A stretch of 64,000 bases of DNA from Fibrobacteria bacterium (GCA_043732185.1 JAYTHY010000112.1:32001-96000), one strand, 5' to 3'; counted from the stretch's first letter, positions 1-10,498 are shown. Notes: generated by a model not told the origin, from the sequence alone. Translations and numbers: made by a program.

Positions 1-1294
1 CCAGTATGGGCAGGCTCAATCGGATTTTTTCCATTTTCTGGCCATCCATTTCCATGATTTCAAAAGTGTAATCCCTGAAGCGGATGACTTCGCCTTGTTC
101 GGGAACTTTTCCATGGACAAAAAGTATGAAACCGCCTAATGTGTCGATTTGAATCTCCGCGTCGTCAGGCTTAAGATTCTGGCCCAATTCCGCATTCAGG
201 TCGGAGAGGGAAATGATAGGGTCGACCAGAAAAATGCCTTCTTCAATTTTGCGGATACGTGAGGTTTCCGTCTCGTCTTCATCGTGGATTTCCCCTACGA
301 TTTCTTCCAGGATGTCTTCCAATGTCACCAACCCGGCCGTGCCGCCATATTCATCCACCACCAAGGCCATATGGATATGTTTCTTGCGCAGCTCCCGCAT
401 GAGTTCGCCAATTTTTTTGGTGCGGGGCACAAAATAAACTTCGCGCAGGAGGTTCGCCAATTGAAAAGCGCTCTGATCGGCATTTTCACTTAGGCTAATC
501 AGGTCCATTGTATGTAGAATGCCCTGGATCTTGTCCATGCTTTCTTGATATACGGGGATTCGGCTGAACTTTTCAAGCTTGACGACTTCCATCACTTGGC
601 GAAAACTCGCCCCGATTTCCAGCGCTATCATATCGACGCGCGGCGTCATGATTTCCTTGACTTGCGTTTCACGTAAATCGAAAATGCTTCGAATCATTTC
701 TTTTTCATCATCCTCAAGTCCGCTGCGATCGGGATTGTCCTCATCTACGGCGGGAGACATTTTCTGAAGATCTGTTTCACCCAAGAAACTCAGGGTAGGA
801 TCAATTCCCAGTTTTCGCATGGCCATGTCATGCGTTTGAAAAAGGAATTCGCCTATTTTTCCCATCAGGAAAAAGCTGTAAATGTTGTAGACTCGTAAGG
901 CGATATTGCCTAATGAGGGGGCAAAGGCTTGAGCTAAAATCGGAAATGCCCAATGGGAAATCAAAAAGGTGAGCACTAAGGAAACGAGTCCTAAACCTGC
1001 CAATTGATTGCCAGGCAGAATGCATTGCAAGTAATGCATTCCATTGATTATGGCGATTCCATCCAGAAGAAAGCGACCTAAACTGATGGATTCGAAAAAC
1101 CCTCGTTTGGCCCAAACCTTGGTAGCCTCTGCAACCAGAGCCTGCGTTTTGACGGACTCACTATGTAAGGAATGTTCGCTATTCTGTCTTTGGAAGAAGC
1201 CAAGTACGGTTTTAACCGCGCTGAGAACCCCACTGGCACAGGCAGCTACAAGGAAGTAAAGCAAGGTTTGCAAGAGACTAGAGTTTGATTCCAC
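1..1294 (-). CDS. HlyC/CorC (CNNM-CBS) family transporter/hemolysin-like protein, 3' end runs off the window
   Basis: Absent from the ORF track because no stop lies in the window. Segments translated by hand in one consistent frame from GTG at 1294: hydrophobic N-terminus (LLQTLLYFLVAACASGVLSAVKT), then EKEMIRSIFDLRETQVKEIMTPRVDM (CBS pair entry) and EMDGQKMEKIRL (CorC_HlyC end). Lies directly downstream of ybeY, a common synteny. Confidence 0.85.
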   Translation of the reverse strand, partial: MESNSSLLQTLLYFLVAACASGVLSAVKTVLGFFQRQNSEHSLHSESVKTQALVAEATKVWAKRGFFESISLGRFLLDGIAIINGMHYLQCILPGNQLAGLGLVSLVLTFLISHWAFPILAQAFAPSLGNIALRVYNIYSFFLMGKIGEFLFQTHDMAMRKLGIDPTLSFLGETDLQKMSPAVDEDNPDRSGLEDDEKEMIRSIFDLRETQVKEIMTPRVDMIALEIGASFRQVMEVVKLEKFSRIPVYQESMDKIQGILHTMDLISLSENADQSAFQLANLLREVYFVPRTKKIGELMRELRKKHIHMALVVDEYGGTAGLVTLEDILEEIVGEIHDEDETETSRIRKIEEGIFLVDPIISLSDLNAELGQNLKPDDAEIQIDTLGGFILFVHGKVPEQGEVIRFRDYTFEIMEMDGQKMEKIRLSLPIL

Positions 1295-1317
1295 GGAATA
1301 TGAAGGCTAAAGGGTGC

Positions 1318-1728
1318 TCATTTTTTCAAACCTAAATATAGGTTCTCCATCAGGCGCATACGTTTGCGATCTTTGACATTCATATGGTCATAACCTGCCA
1401 AATGCAGAGCGCCGTGGACCACCAGCCGCTTTAATTCCGCATAAAACGAGTTTTTCCAGCGAGGGGCCTGGTTTTTGGCCTGTAATGAGGCGATATAGAT
1501 TTCACCTAGAATATCCTCCTCCTCGTAAAGAAAGGAGAGGACATCGGTGACTTTGTCCAGTTTTCGATAGCGGAGGTTCAAATTTCGGACATACTCGTTT
1601 TCACAGAAAACCAGATTAACATGACCTTTCAGCCCTTCGGCCCGCAACACCTTTTCGGCGAGACGGGCCAGATTTTTGGGCCGGGGGATCAAAATAGAAC
1701 CGGCATCTATGCAGGTTGCTTTCAGCAT
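1318..1728 (-). CDS. ybeY: rRNA maturation endoribonuclease YbeY
   Basis: LNLRYR..DKVTDVLSF and HGALHLAGYDH zinc-binding motif. Confidence 0.95.
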   Translation of the reverse strand: MLKATCIDAGSILIPRPKNLARLAEKVLRAEGLKGHVNLVFCENEYVRNLNLRYRKLDKVTDVLSFLYEEEDILGEIYIASLQAKNQAPRWKNSFYAELKRLVVHGALHLAGYDHMNVKDRKRMRLMENLYLGLKK

Positions 1729-1739
1729 ACAAATCCGAT

Positions 1740-2063
1740 TTAGTCGTCTGAGTCCGAACCTACTTCAGCGGAGGTTTCGTTTTCAGTCCATTTTTTCAGA
1801 ACGTCCATTACTTTCAGGGCTTGCGCGATGGAAGAAATGTTGAACTTGCTTTTGGTTTTATACTCGCCATTGCGTTTTTGATATCTGCGAATGGAAATCT
1901 TTGCCGCTTTGAATTCACCCTTGGTCCTGTCCAGGTCTTGATATTTGAACATGATGGTGGCCCAAGCGCCCTTGGTGAGAATTTCCTTTTCTATTTCCCT
2001 ACAAACTTGCGTGCCATCTTCTTCCGAGAAATTGATGGTGATTTCGTCTACTGTGGTGGCCAT
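1740..2063 (-). CDS. Conserved hypothetical protein
   Basis: Compact ORF; start moved to ATG 2063, which has an AAGGGA SD-like site; basic/aromatic C-terminal half (KISIRRYQKRNGEY...KFNISS). Confidence 0.7.
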   Translation of the reverse strand: MATTVDEITINFSEEDGTQVCREIEKEILTKGAWATIMFKYQDLDRTKGEFKAAKISIRRYQKRNGEYKTKSKFNISSIAQALKVMDVLKKWTENETSAEVGSDSDD

Positions 2064-2156
2064 AATCCCTTTCAAGGTCATTGCTATTCTAAGGTGGTTA
2101 ATAATAGCCCAAGATTCGAAACCTGTAAGGGTGCCTGAAATGCTAATTTTCGGCCT

Positions 2157-3284
2157 ATGCCCGCTATGTCGTTCCCTTCGGATCCTGGTTTTGAATCGCG
2201 ATTTCCCCAGTTACTGGAAAAGCTGCGGTTGGGCGAACGCCTGACCGAGGCGGATGGACTTGTCCTGTATCAGAAAGCCCCCTTGCCTTGGCTAAAAACG
2301 CAGGCCGATGCGGTTCGCAAACGGCTGCACGGGGAGAATGCCTATTACAATCGCAATATCCATTTTGAGCCCACCAATATTTGTGTATATGCATGCAAGT
2401 TTTGTGCCTTTTATCGACCGCCCAAGGCTGGAGTGGCCGAAGGGGCTTGGGAATACAGCTTGGCGGATTTACAGGCTAAACTGGATGTGTATCCCAAAGG
2501 AACACTGACAGAAATCCATATCACCGGTGGGGTGCATCCGGAACGCGGAGTGGAATATGGGGAAGCGCTATGTGCTTTTGTGAAATCCCAACGACCGGAA
2601 ATCCATATCAAGGCATTTACCGCCGTGGAAATCACTTTTTTCGCCCGTAAGAGTGGCATCTCGTTGACGCAAGCCTTAGAGAGGCTCAAGCTGGCAGGCC
2701 TTGGCTCATTGCCCGGTGGGGGAGCGGAAATTTTCGATCCGGAGGTGCGCAAACGCATCGCTGGAGGTAAGGCACCGGCGCATACCTGGCTGGAGGTTCA
2801 CGAAGCCGCCCACGGAATAGGCCTCATGTCCAACGCTACCATGCTTTATGGTCATGTTGAGGAATACCGACATCGCCTTGACCATATGTCCCGCCTACGC
2901 GATTTGCAGGATCGCACGGGAGGCTTCAAATCCTTTATTCCCTTACGCTATCGCAATGAGTCCAACGCCTTAAGCCATATTCCCGAAGTGTCGCCGGAAG
3001 AGGATTTGCGCAATTTTGCCGTGGCCCGGCTATTCTTGGACAATATTCCGCATCTTAAAGCCTACTGGGTTATGCTGGGATTGGACCAGGCGGCGCTTGC
3101 TCTCCATTATGGCGTGGACGATTTGGACGGTACCGTAGATGATACCACCCGTATCTATTCCATGGCCGGTGGCATTGCGCATCCGGCAGTCACGTCCGAA
3201 GAATTAAAGGCGCGAATTCGCGCACAGGGACGGATGCCGGTAGAAAGAGATTCCGAATATCGGATGTTGGGCAGCGCTCCTTGA
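2157..3284 (+). CDS. mqnE: Radical SAM protein of the CofH/MqnC/MqnE family, probably aminofutalosine synthase
   Basis: CVYACKFC CxxxCxxC, EIHITGG, HIKAFTAVEI, LPGGGAEIF, NATMLYGH, HLKAYW. Confidence 0.85.
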   Translation: MPAMSFPSDPGFESRFPQLLEKLRLGERLTEADGLVLYQKAPLPWLKTQADAVRKRLHGENAYYNRNIHFEPTNICVYACKFCAFYRPPKAGVAEGAWEYSLADLQAKLDVYPKGTLTEIHITGGVHPERGVEYGEALCAFVKSQRPEIHIKAFTAVEITFFARKSGISLTQALERLKLAGLGSLPGGGAEIFDPEVRKRIAGGKAPAHTWLEVHEAAHGIGLMSNATMLYGHVEEYRHRLDHMSRLRDLQDRTGGFKSFIPLRYRNESNALSHIPEVSPEEDLRNFAVARLFLDNIPHLKAYWVMLGLDQAALALHYGVDDLDGTVDDTTRIYSMAGGIAHPAVTSEELKARIRAQGRMPVERDSEYRMLGSAP

Positions 3285-3329
3285 TGCCGCTACGGAATCT
3301 TTCACGCATGTGAAACGAACGAATTCTCC

Positions 3330-4037
3330 TCAGGAATAACGATCATCGAACCATGGCTCGGCCGTATTGGAATAGCCGCGCAATTCCCAAAAACCCAGTA
3401 AATCTTGGGGCAAAAACAGGATTTCTTTGATCCATTTGGCGCCTTTCCAGGCCCATTTTCTGGGGGTGATCATACGTACGGGTCCGCCGTGGTCTTTGGG
3501 CAAGTCGATACCTTCCCAGCTGTGAACCAGCAAAACATCGTCATCGAGGCATTCGCTGAAAGTCAGATTGGTGGAATAGCCGTCATAGGCTTTTACATGC
3601 ACATGGGTGACATCGGTTTTAGGGCAAACCAATTCCGCAAGTGTGCGGAAGCGAACGCCTTTCCAATGGTTGTCCATTCGACTCCAAGAAGTAACACAGT
3701 GGAAGTCCGAGATATCCTCAACTTGGGGCAGAGCCATAAAGGATTGCCAATCGAGGACGGTGGGCTTTTCCACATTGCCTTTAAGCGTCAGTTGCCAAAG
3801 GTCCTTGGGCATGTCCGGCTGTACACCCAAATCCAGTACCGGCCAGTTTTTGACTTCATGTTGACCGGGAGGCAATTGCGGCATCCCGTGGCGATTGGGA
3901 GAACCGCTGCCCTGCACCTCACCCTCAGCGGCGCGGCCTCCGGATAGCAGGCCTTTTTGGGCTCGACGCATCTTGCCCCGAATCAAGGCTTCGTTGTAAG
4001 TGCCTTCTGGTAATTTAGGTTGATTGTCTTCTGACAT
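3330..4037 (-). CDS. Molybdopterin-dependent oxidoreductase (sulfite oxidase-like, YuiH type)
   Basis: LPPGQ...WPVLDLG, DFHCVTSWS, HGGPVR, WKGAKW, GFWELRGY; start set at ATG 4037 after GGGAGG. Confidence 0.9.
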   Translation of the reverse strand: MSEDNQPKLPEGTYNEALIRGKMRRAQKGLLSGGRAAEGEVQGSGSPNRHGMPQLPPGQHEVKNWPVLDLGVQPDMPKDLWQLTLKGNVEKPTVLDWQSFMALPQVEDISDFHCVTSWSRMDNHWKGVRFRTLAELVCPKTDVTHVHVKAYDGYSTNLTFSECLDDDVLLVHSWEGIDLPKDHGGPVRMITPRKWAWKGAKWIKEILFLPQDLLGFWELRGYSNTAEPWFDDRYS

Positions 4038-4135
4038 AGTGCCTCCCGTCTTGGGGAGATAAAGTAGCAAAGCTCTTTAGGCCGCAAAGCTTTTGCTGTG
4101 GTTGTATCTTTAATGCCTGAACATGGAATATCCAA

Positions 4136-6217
4136 ATGACTGCCGATAGCCAAAGCCCAAAAACTGGAAAGTTTGCCGCCGTTTCCGCTACAGGCGTTTT
4201 TAGGGAAGCCGGTACTTTTGCCAATCCTGCTTTGGCGTTTTTGTTTTCCGTCTGGGTAACGCATGCGATACTGCGTGTTTTTCTCATCTTCCGTAGGGAT
4301 GCCTTTGGTTCCCCTTTTGTAGGCAAACCGGACTGGTATATTTTTCATGCCTTTGCCATTGACGCATGGTGGATAGCCCTATGGTCGCTGCCAATATTGA
4401 TCCTGCTACTGCTTTGTGGCGTAGCCCATTGGCCAAAGGCCGCACGCAGACTTTTCTGGCTTTTAGGTGGACTGCATTCCGTACTCCTTCTCTGCACCGT
4501 TGCGGATCATGAGACGATGCGCTTCATGGGCATGCACCTGGATCTGTCCTCAATTTCCACCTATGGCAATACCGCCGCCATTCGCGAGGTCTTTACTTTT
4601 GTCGCTGCGGATAAAAGCGTGCCGTACCTTTCCCTGGGTATTTTTATAGCCTGTGTGCCCATTGCCTGGATCTTTTATTTTGCATTTTTCCGGAAAAGAT
4701 CCTGGGTCCTACGTCCCGGATTGGCACCAAGTGCCTGGCTTGGAACTGTGGCCGGGGTCGCGGCAGCGTATGTTTTTCTCAATATCATTTGGACCGGTGG
4801 CTTCCGGATGCTTAAATTGCGGCCGTTTGTTTCTACGGTAATGATAAGCCTGGCTAACCATAAAAGCGCGCAGCTGGCAGCCGTGGATGTATCCCAATTG
4901 GGAAAAACTTTTCAAAAACAATGGCAGTTGGAACAGGGGGACAGTACTTTTATTTTTCCCGATTCGACGTATCCCTTTTATAAAGTGCCGATAGGTCACG
5001 GCTCTTCTATCGGCGTGGCCCCAAACGGAAGACCTCCCAATATTGTGATGCTGATTTTGGAATCGCATCGCGGCGTCAATTGCGGTTACCTTAAACCATA
5101 TGGGGCCTTTGCCGATGCCACTCCAGTGATGGACAGTCTCGCTGCTGGACATGCGCATGCTTGGACTCGTTTTGCCTGTTCGGGCATTCCCACCATCAAT
5201 GCCTTGATGAGCATTCACCTGTCCATACTTTCCCATCCAACGCGCATTATCGCGAGCGATTTTACCACGTTACATCATAATGCCTTTACTGCCGTTTTGG
5301 GCCGCCACGGGTACCGGACCCACTTTTTTAGTGCTGCCGATCCTGCCTGGGATGGGCAAGTTCCTTGGCTGCGCCAATGGTACCAAGGCGTAACCTATGA
5401 TCGAAGTCGGGAAACGGATGATGCGACCCTGCAAAATATGGCACAGTGGATGAAAGACAGTTTAAACGGGGAAAGGCCATTTCTGGTTACCGCCATGACT
5501 AAAACCAATCACTATCCATTTAATCATGAGCCCGGCGTGCGTACGTTGCCTGCGGGAGCATCCCTGCAGGAAAAGATGCTCGCTACCATGGAATATACAG
5601 ACGCCTCGGTGGGCCGCTTTCTGGCTGGCATTAAGCACGAGCCGTGGTTTGACAATACCATTGTGCTCATTCTCGCCGACCACGGATTTCCGCTCTCCGA
5701 ACATGGCTCCTCGAATATTGGTTTTGGACTCTATACAGAATCCGTCTGGATTCCTTTCCTAATGCTCGGACACCACCCCCGCATGGGTGATCCCGAACTG
5801 CATGACTACCCAGCCAGTCAGTTGGATATTGGTCCCACAGTACTGGCCTTAGCCGGCATCCAGGAAGCGAATCATTATCTGGGCCATGACCTTTTCCGTC
5901 GGGCTTCCGGCAAAAACAGTTTGAGCTATTTGATTCGAGGTGAACAGGGGTCACTTGAACAAGGTGCGCGAGAAACCGGTTATTTGAGAATCCACGGCCC
6001 ACTGGGCACCACGCCAAGGGAACAAGGAAATGAGGTGTTCAACACATCAACTGACAAACAGGAACGAAAAAATTTATTCGCAGATCAGGACAAAATCAAC
6101 TTTGATTCCTCGCTGCTCTTTTTACAGACAGTGGCAAAATTGAATACCTATGCCGTGGAAGCCAATGTACTTTGGCCCGATTCCATTCATGAAGCCATGT
6201 CTTCGCGCTTAAAATAA
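4136..6217 (+). CDS. LTA synthase / phosphoglycerol transferase (alkaline phosphatase-sulfatase superfamily) membrane protein
   Basis: About 5 N-terminal TM segments, PNIVMLILES, Thr nucleophile region GIPT, TNHYP, ADHG, SQLDIGPT. Confidence 0.85.
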   Translation: MTADSQSPKTGKFAAVSATGVFREAGTFANPALAFLFSVWVTHAILRVFLIFRRDAFGSPFVGKPDWYIFHAFAIDAWWIALWSLPILILLLLCGVAHWPKAARRLFWLLGGLHSVLLLCTVADHETMRFMGMHLDLSSISTYGNTAAIREVFTFVAADKSVPYLSLGIFIACVPIAWIFYFAFFRKRSWVLRPGLAPSAWLGTVAGVAAAYVFLNIIWTGGFRMLKLRPFVSTVMISLANHKSAQLAAVDVSQLGKTFQKQWQLEQGDSTFIFPDSTYPFYKVPIGHGSSIGVAPNGRPPNIVMLILESHRGVNCGYLKPYGAFADATPVMDSLAAGHAHAWTRFACSGIPTINALMSIHLSILSHPTRIIASDFTTLHHNAFTAVLGRHGYRTHFFSAADPAWDGQVPWLRQWYQGVTYDRSRETDDATLQNMAQWMKDSLNGERPFLVTAMTKTNHYPFNHEPGVRTLPAGASLQEKMLATMEYTDASVGRFLAGIKHEPWFDNTIVLILADHGFPLSEHGSSNIGFGLYTESVWIPFLMLGHHPRMGDPELHDYPASQLDIGPTVLALAGIQEANHYLGHDLFRRASGKNSLSYLIRGEQGSLEQGARETGYLRIHGPLGTTPREQGNEVFNTSTDKQERKNLFADQDKINFDSSLLFLQTVAKLNTYAVEANVLWPDSIHEAMSSRLK

Positions 6218-6291
6218 CCGGGACTTTCCGATAGACGGGTAGCCGGACCCTGTAATCCCAAAAGGAGCCTTTCCTGGCCCCAATAGAGACC

Positions 6292-6319
6292 TTGAAATTT
6301 CCTTTGACTATGTTAAATT
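6292..6319 (+). promoter_or_regulatory. Putative sigma70 promoter for tRNA-Ala
   Basis: TTGAAA-16 nt-TAAATT with extended -10 TG, about 30 nt upstream of the tRNA. Confidence 0.5.
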
Positions 6320-6348
6320 TGACCGCTTCTTGGGGTCACAACCCCTTG

Positions 6349-6424
<76 letters not shown>

Positions 6425-6428
6425 TTTT

Positions 6429-6851
6429 TTAATTTCCCTTTGCCACTTTTCTTTGCAAATTCAAGCTTCGTTTGGCAACCAGCAATCGGGCTTCCAGCAC
6501 CGCAGGGTCCCATACTTTTTCAGCTACATCATCGACACCCGCTTTGATAGCCTCTAGGTGAAGTTGTTTGTCCGCATTTGCAGTGAGTAGCAGAAAATAG
6601 AAGGGACGATTATTCACAATTAATCGTGCTCGTCTGCAAAGTTCGATGCCTTCCATTCCGGGCATCGACCAATCACTGATACAAATATCCGGTGGATTTT
6701 CCGCAAGAACTTTCAATGCGGCTTCCCCGCCCTGTGCTTTGCTTACTCTGCATCCTTGTTTTGTAAGTTCGGCGCTTAACATAGCGAGGTCAACGGGATC
6801 GTCATCCACTAGCAGTATGTTTAACGGTGGTTCCATTGCACTTTCAGACAT
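6429..6851 (-). CDS. Single-domain response regulator (REC)
   Basis: ILLVDDD, DICISDWSMPGMEG, LLLTA; the usual KP reads KV; start at ATG 6851 overlaps the upstream stop. Confidence 0.85.
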   Translation of the reverse strand: MSESAMEPPLNILLVDDDPVDLAMLSAELTKQGCRVSKAQGGEAALKVLAENPPDICISDWSMPGMEGIELCRRARLIVNNRPFYFLLLTANADKQLHLEAIKAGVDDVAEKVWDPAVLEARLLVAKRSLNLQRKVAKGN

Positions 6852-7293
6852 GCATTTCCGCAACTTTAGGGATACGGACCACTGCAAACCAAAATTCCTT
6901 CATTTGTGAAATCACATATCTAAATTGGTCCATGTCTGGAGGTTTAGTGATAAAGCAGTTGGCTTGCAATCGGTAGGACTCCAATATATCCTTTTCCTGG
7001 TTTGAAGTTGAGAGAATGACTATGGGGATGTGCGTGATCCTCGGCTCGTTTTTTATTTCGGCCAAAACTTCCTTTCCTGATTTCCCAGGTAGATTCAGAT
7101 CCAGCAGAATCAGGTCGGGAAGAATAGCGTCGTGGAACGGAGGCTTACGGCGTAATTTGGATAATGCGGCATCTCCATCGGAGGCAACATCTAATTCCAC
7201 CAACAACTTTGTGGCCGAAAGCGCGGCTCGGGTCAATGCGACATCAGCCAAATTATCCTCAATCATAAGGATACGGATGGGCTCATACTGCAT
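6844..7293 (-). CDS. Single-domain response regulator, Rcp1-like
   Basis: IEDNLAD, PDLILLDLNLP, LSTS, ANCFITKP, FW near C-terminus. Confidence 0.9.
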   Translation of the reverse strand: MQYEPIRILMIEDNLADVALTRAALSATKLLVELDVASDGDAALSKLRRKPPFHDAILPDLILLDLNLPGKSGKEVLAEIKNEPRITHIPIVILSTSNQEKDILESYRLQANCFITKPPDMDQFRYVISQMKEFWFAVVRIPKVAEMHV

Positions 7294-9394
7294 GGAATAC
7301 CTCTTTCTGAATACTCTTAATTGAATTGGATTGGATTACTTCTGATGGAAATTCTATGTAAACGGCTACGCCTCCAAGGCTGGAGTCTTCCATTTTGATT
7401 TGGCCACGGTGTTGCTCCACAATACGGCGGCACAAAGAAAGGCCGATTCCCGTGCCTTTTATTTCTGATTGATTATGTAATCTCTGAAACATTTGGAAAA
7501 CCTTTTCTCGATACTCCGGTTTAATACCAAGGCCATTATCCTCTATCTGTAGGATCCATTTTTGCTTCGCTTGGTGAGCACTTATACGAACCAAGAGAGG
7601 TTGTGATTTGTTTCGATATTTAATGGAGTTCATCAAGAGATTGTCGAAAAGCTGTGACAGTCTTATCACATTTCCTTTGATGACGGGCAGTCCGGGTAAG
7701 ACCTCCACCTTGCCATCCACCGCGTTCAGATCAGGCTCCAGATTCCGGACATTGCGGGCGAATAGGTCGCCCAGATCAATGGATTGGGCTGCCTGAGGTA
7801 CCTTTTCAACCCTGGATAATTCAAGCACGCCTACTATCAGTTTCTGCATGCGGTCTACGGCTTCCGAAATGAATCTACCATATTCTCTAGATTGGCTGTC
7901 CTTCTGTATTTCCGGATTTTCCAAGAGCAACTTCACGAAACCGGAAATGTGGCGTAGAGGGGTTTGCAAATCATGTGAAGCGATGAAGACGAATTGCTCC
8001 AAGTCTGAATTGCTGCGTTCTAGGTCCTTGGTGAATTCACCCAATTGCAGATTTGCTGTGAAAGCTTCGTTCGCCTTGGCTTCTGCTTTTGCGCTTAAAT
8101 TTAAGGCGAACCAAGTAAAGGCCGCAAGTAATAATCCGGTAATTGTAATGACAAAATAGGCCCTATGGTTCATCGTATTCCTTATATACGCAGCACTTGA
8201 GAGATCAACTATTGCAGTACGGTTTGCAAAAGGAAATGCAGTTTGCGTTATGCCGGTGGGCTCCAGAAAAAATTCGGTAGAAGTAAAGCGAATCGGTTTC
8301 GCGTTTCCCGTTAGGTCGGAAGAATGCGGAAAAAAACACCTTAAATCTAGGCCGAATCCGAAGTCGCCGGACTGTTTTTCATATTGTGCTTCAATTGGAA
8401 CTGGACTGGTGAGCTTACCTTGCATGGGTCGGTTAATGCGTTTGGATTGGATGGTGATCCAAAGTAATTCCGGAAAATCCTTGAAATAATTCAGAATATC
8501 AAGAGTGTCGGGCTTGAAACCATTTTTAGTATTTTGGTTTTCTCTTGCTTCCAACCTTAGCATTGCTTTTTCCGTATTTCTGAATCCCTTTTCGGACATG
8601 GATTGGATCCACGTACCTTCCTGCACCACCTGAGTTGTTACTGATTGTTTCGCATGCATGATAAGGGTGATTGTGACCAAGGCGATCAGGAACCATGCTC
8701 CAGCTAGATATGGCGCCAAATGCCACCGCGCCTTTATTGTATGCTGCGGCTTCTCAACTGGCGTGCCTATTAAAGCCAGGGCTAATAGGAATAAGCATAA
8801 AGCAGAATGAAAAGCAATCCGTGTCATTTGACCCCATCCATACGCCTGTTCAATTCCGAATACATACCCCATCAGCGCTGACGCACTGAGGGAAAGTACG
8901 ATGGGAGGAAGGAATGGGCGGATGCGGCGAATCCAAAGAGGCAAAAGCTGCAATTCTCCAATCAGGATAACGCCGATCAGTAAATGACAAATAACCGTGA
9001 TCATGGACATCCTACCCGGTGAGGATGTTTTTACCAGCACAAAATCCTTTACGAAAAGTTGGTCAATGCCACCTTTAATTCCAAAAGCTGTTTCGGCCAA
9101 TGTCAAAACTGCAACAAGCAATACAAAGAAACCTACCCCGATTCGAATATTCCGGCTGGTTGGAAAGGAAAAAGTACCTATCCAGACAGCGATAGCTTCT
9201 AATGAAACGCAGAGTGCGGCATTGAACTTCATGGAAGCCCAATGGGGATTGATTTGGGTCAAGGTTTGGTTACCCGTGAACCATCCTATGATCGCCAGTA
9301 TACTGATTCCAAAAACAAGTACCGAATTTAACCGGGTCCAATTCCGCATATTGGACTCAAGGAGTGAACCCGATTGGGTTTCTAATCCCGTCAC
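7283..9394 (-). CDS. Membrane sensor histidine kinase (Cph1/BphP-type HisKA + HATPase)
   Basis: Multiple TM helices; ASHDLQTPLRHI H-box; NLLMNSIKY, DNGLGI, FQRLH, GTGIGL. Confidence 0.92.
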   Translation of the reverse strand: MTGLETQSGSLLESNMRNWTRLNSVLVFGISILAIIGWFTGNQTLTQINPHWASMKFNAALCVSLEAIAVWIGTFSFPTSRNIRIGVGFFVLLVAVLTLAETAFGIKGGIDQLFVKDFVLVKTSSPGRMSMITVICHLLIGVILIGELQLLPLWIRRIRPFLPPIVLSLSASALMGYVFGIEQAYGWGQMTRIAFHSALCLFLLALALIGTPVEKPQHTIKARWHLAPYLAGAWFLIALVTITLIMHAKQSVTTQVVQEGTWIQSMSEKGFRNTEKAMLRLEARENQNTKNGFKPDTLDILNYFKDFPELLWITIQSKRINRPMQGKLTSPVPIEAQYEKQSGDFGFGLDLRCFFPHSSDLTGNAKPIRFTSTEFFLEPTGITQTAFPFANRTAIVDLSSAAYIRNTMNHRAYFVITITGLLLAAFTWFALNLSAKAEAKANEAFTANLQLGEFTKDLERSNSDLEQFVFIASHDLQTPLRHISGFVKLLLENPEIQKDSQSREYGRFISEAVDRMQKLIVGVLELSRVEKVPQAAQSIDLGDLFARNVRNLEPDLNAVDGKVEVLPGLPVIKGNVIRLSQLFDNLLMNSIKYRNKSQPLLVRISAHQAKQKWILQIEDNGLGIKPEYREKVFQMFQRLHNQSEIKGTGIGLSLCRRIVEQHRGQIKMEDSSLGGVAVYIEFPSEVIQSNSIKSIQKEVFHAV

Positions 9395-9840
9395 GAATTC
9401 TCCTCAATGATGTCCATCAATTTATCGATGTCGATAGGTTTTCTGAGATACCCTTTCATACCAAGCGGGCTTAGTCCTTCCCAATCTAAGTCGCCAACCT
9501 CAAGTTCGGTTAGGAGTACGAAGGAGGTGCGGATTCCGCATTGCAGAGCAGAAAGCATAAAGCGAGCCCCGTCCATGTCTGGCATATGAAAGTCGACAAT
9601 GACCCAATCCGGATGGAAAATCCTCAACGCATTCAACCCTTCAGAACCGCTTCTTGCCACCTGCGTGGAAAAACGTTTCCCAAGTATCGCTTGCGATGCC
9701 AGTAACACGATTTCATCATCGTCCACGCACAGAATTTTTAGCTTTTCGGTCGAGTTACTTATACTGCTGGACATGCTTTTGCTCCCGGGCCAATTATACG
9801 CTTTATTTCGGTTTAGGAAGACATTCGATAGAGTTTGCAT
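9391..9840 (-). CDS. Single-domain response regulator (REC)
   Basis: ILCVDDD, VDFHMPDMDG, LLT, YLRKP; start may be 9774. Confidence 0.85.
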   Translation of the reverse strand: MQTLSNVFLNRNKAYNWPGSKSMSSSISNSTEKLKILCVDDDEIVLLASQAILGKRFSTQVARSGSEGLNALRIFHPDWVIVDFHMPDMDGARFMLSALQCGIRTSFVLLTELEVGDLDWEGLSPLGMKGYLRKPIDIDKLMDIIEENS

Positions 9841-9843
9841 AGT

Positions 9844-10308
9844 CTATACCGCCCCAGTCCAGGAATGATTCCCAGCCATCAATAAACGAAGAGTATTCCT
9901 GAACGTTTTTGCATCAAATGGTTTTGGCAGGAATGCGTCTTCCCGTTGAATCTGACCTTCTTCGATTAATACTTCCCGTGAATAGCCGGACATGAAAACA
10001 ACTTTCGTTTCGGGGTGGGTTTCCCGAACGCGACGAGCGACTCCTGGTCCTGATCCCTGCGGCAGGCGAACATCGGCTAGAAGCAAATCGATTTTCCCCG
10101 GACAAGCATCCACCACGACAACCGCTTCCTCTTCAGTCGCGGCCGCCAGAATGTTAAATCCTTCTAGGGAGAGAAATATCCGAATTACTTTGAGCACCAT
10201 TTCCTCGTCTTCAACAACTAGGACTCTTTTTTCGGAAACAGTCGAATCCATTGGTTCGATTATTTCCGATTGGTTAGGAAAATGGTTTGAATAGATAAAT
10301 TTTTTCAT
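9844..10308 (-). CDS. Single-domain response regulator (REC)
   Basis: VLVVEDE, DLLLADV, FMSGY, FLPKPF; start may be 10251. Confidence 0.88.
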   Translation of the reverse strand: MKKFIYSNHFPNQSEIIEPMDSTVSEKRVLVVEDEEMVLKVIRIFLSLEGFNILAAATEEEAVVVVDACPGKIDLLLADVRLPQGSGPGVARRVRETHPETKVVFMSGYSREVLIEEGQIQREDAFLPKPFDAKTFRNTLRLLMAGNHSWTGAV

Positions 10309-10379
10309 TCTACAACCTGCTTTATCCCAACCTCATGCAGGTTGGCGCTTCTATCATCGCACAAAAAGCGAACGAGAAC

Positions 10380-10443
10380 ATCAGGCTAGGGCGCTATTTA
10401 TTTCCATTCCTTTCCCTAGCCGACATATAGGGAAATGACCTAC
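10380..10443. promoter_or_regulatory. Pair of candidate operator boxes (imperfect palindrome AGG-N7-CCT)
   Basis: ATCAGGCTAGGGCGCTATTTA (10380-10400) and ATAGGGAAATGACCTAC (10427-10443); a matching pair occurs at 14201/14249. Confidence 0.55.
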
Positions 10444-10498
10444 GTTTTGAAGAAGGTATCCCGATGGCAAAATCCAACATCCATGTGATAATAGGGCT

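Noticed and set aside
828..1115. 95 aa minus-strand ORF
   Set aside because: Alternative frame inside the CorC/HlyC gene
7283..9394. Phytochrome, suggested by the Cph1-like kinase and Rcp1-like partner
   Set aside because: The sensor region is transmembrane, with no PAS-GAF-PHY module
10313..10344. CAACCTGC/GCAGGTTG inverted repeat as a terminator
   Set aside because: 16-nt loop, no U tract, and it lies in a divergent promoter region
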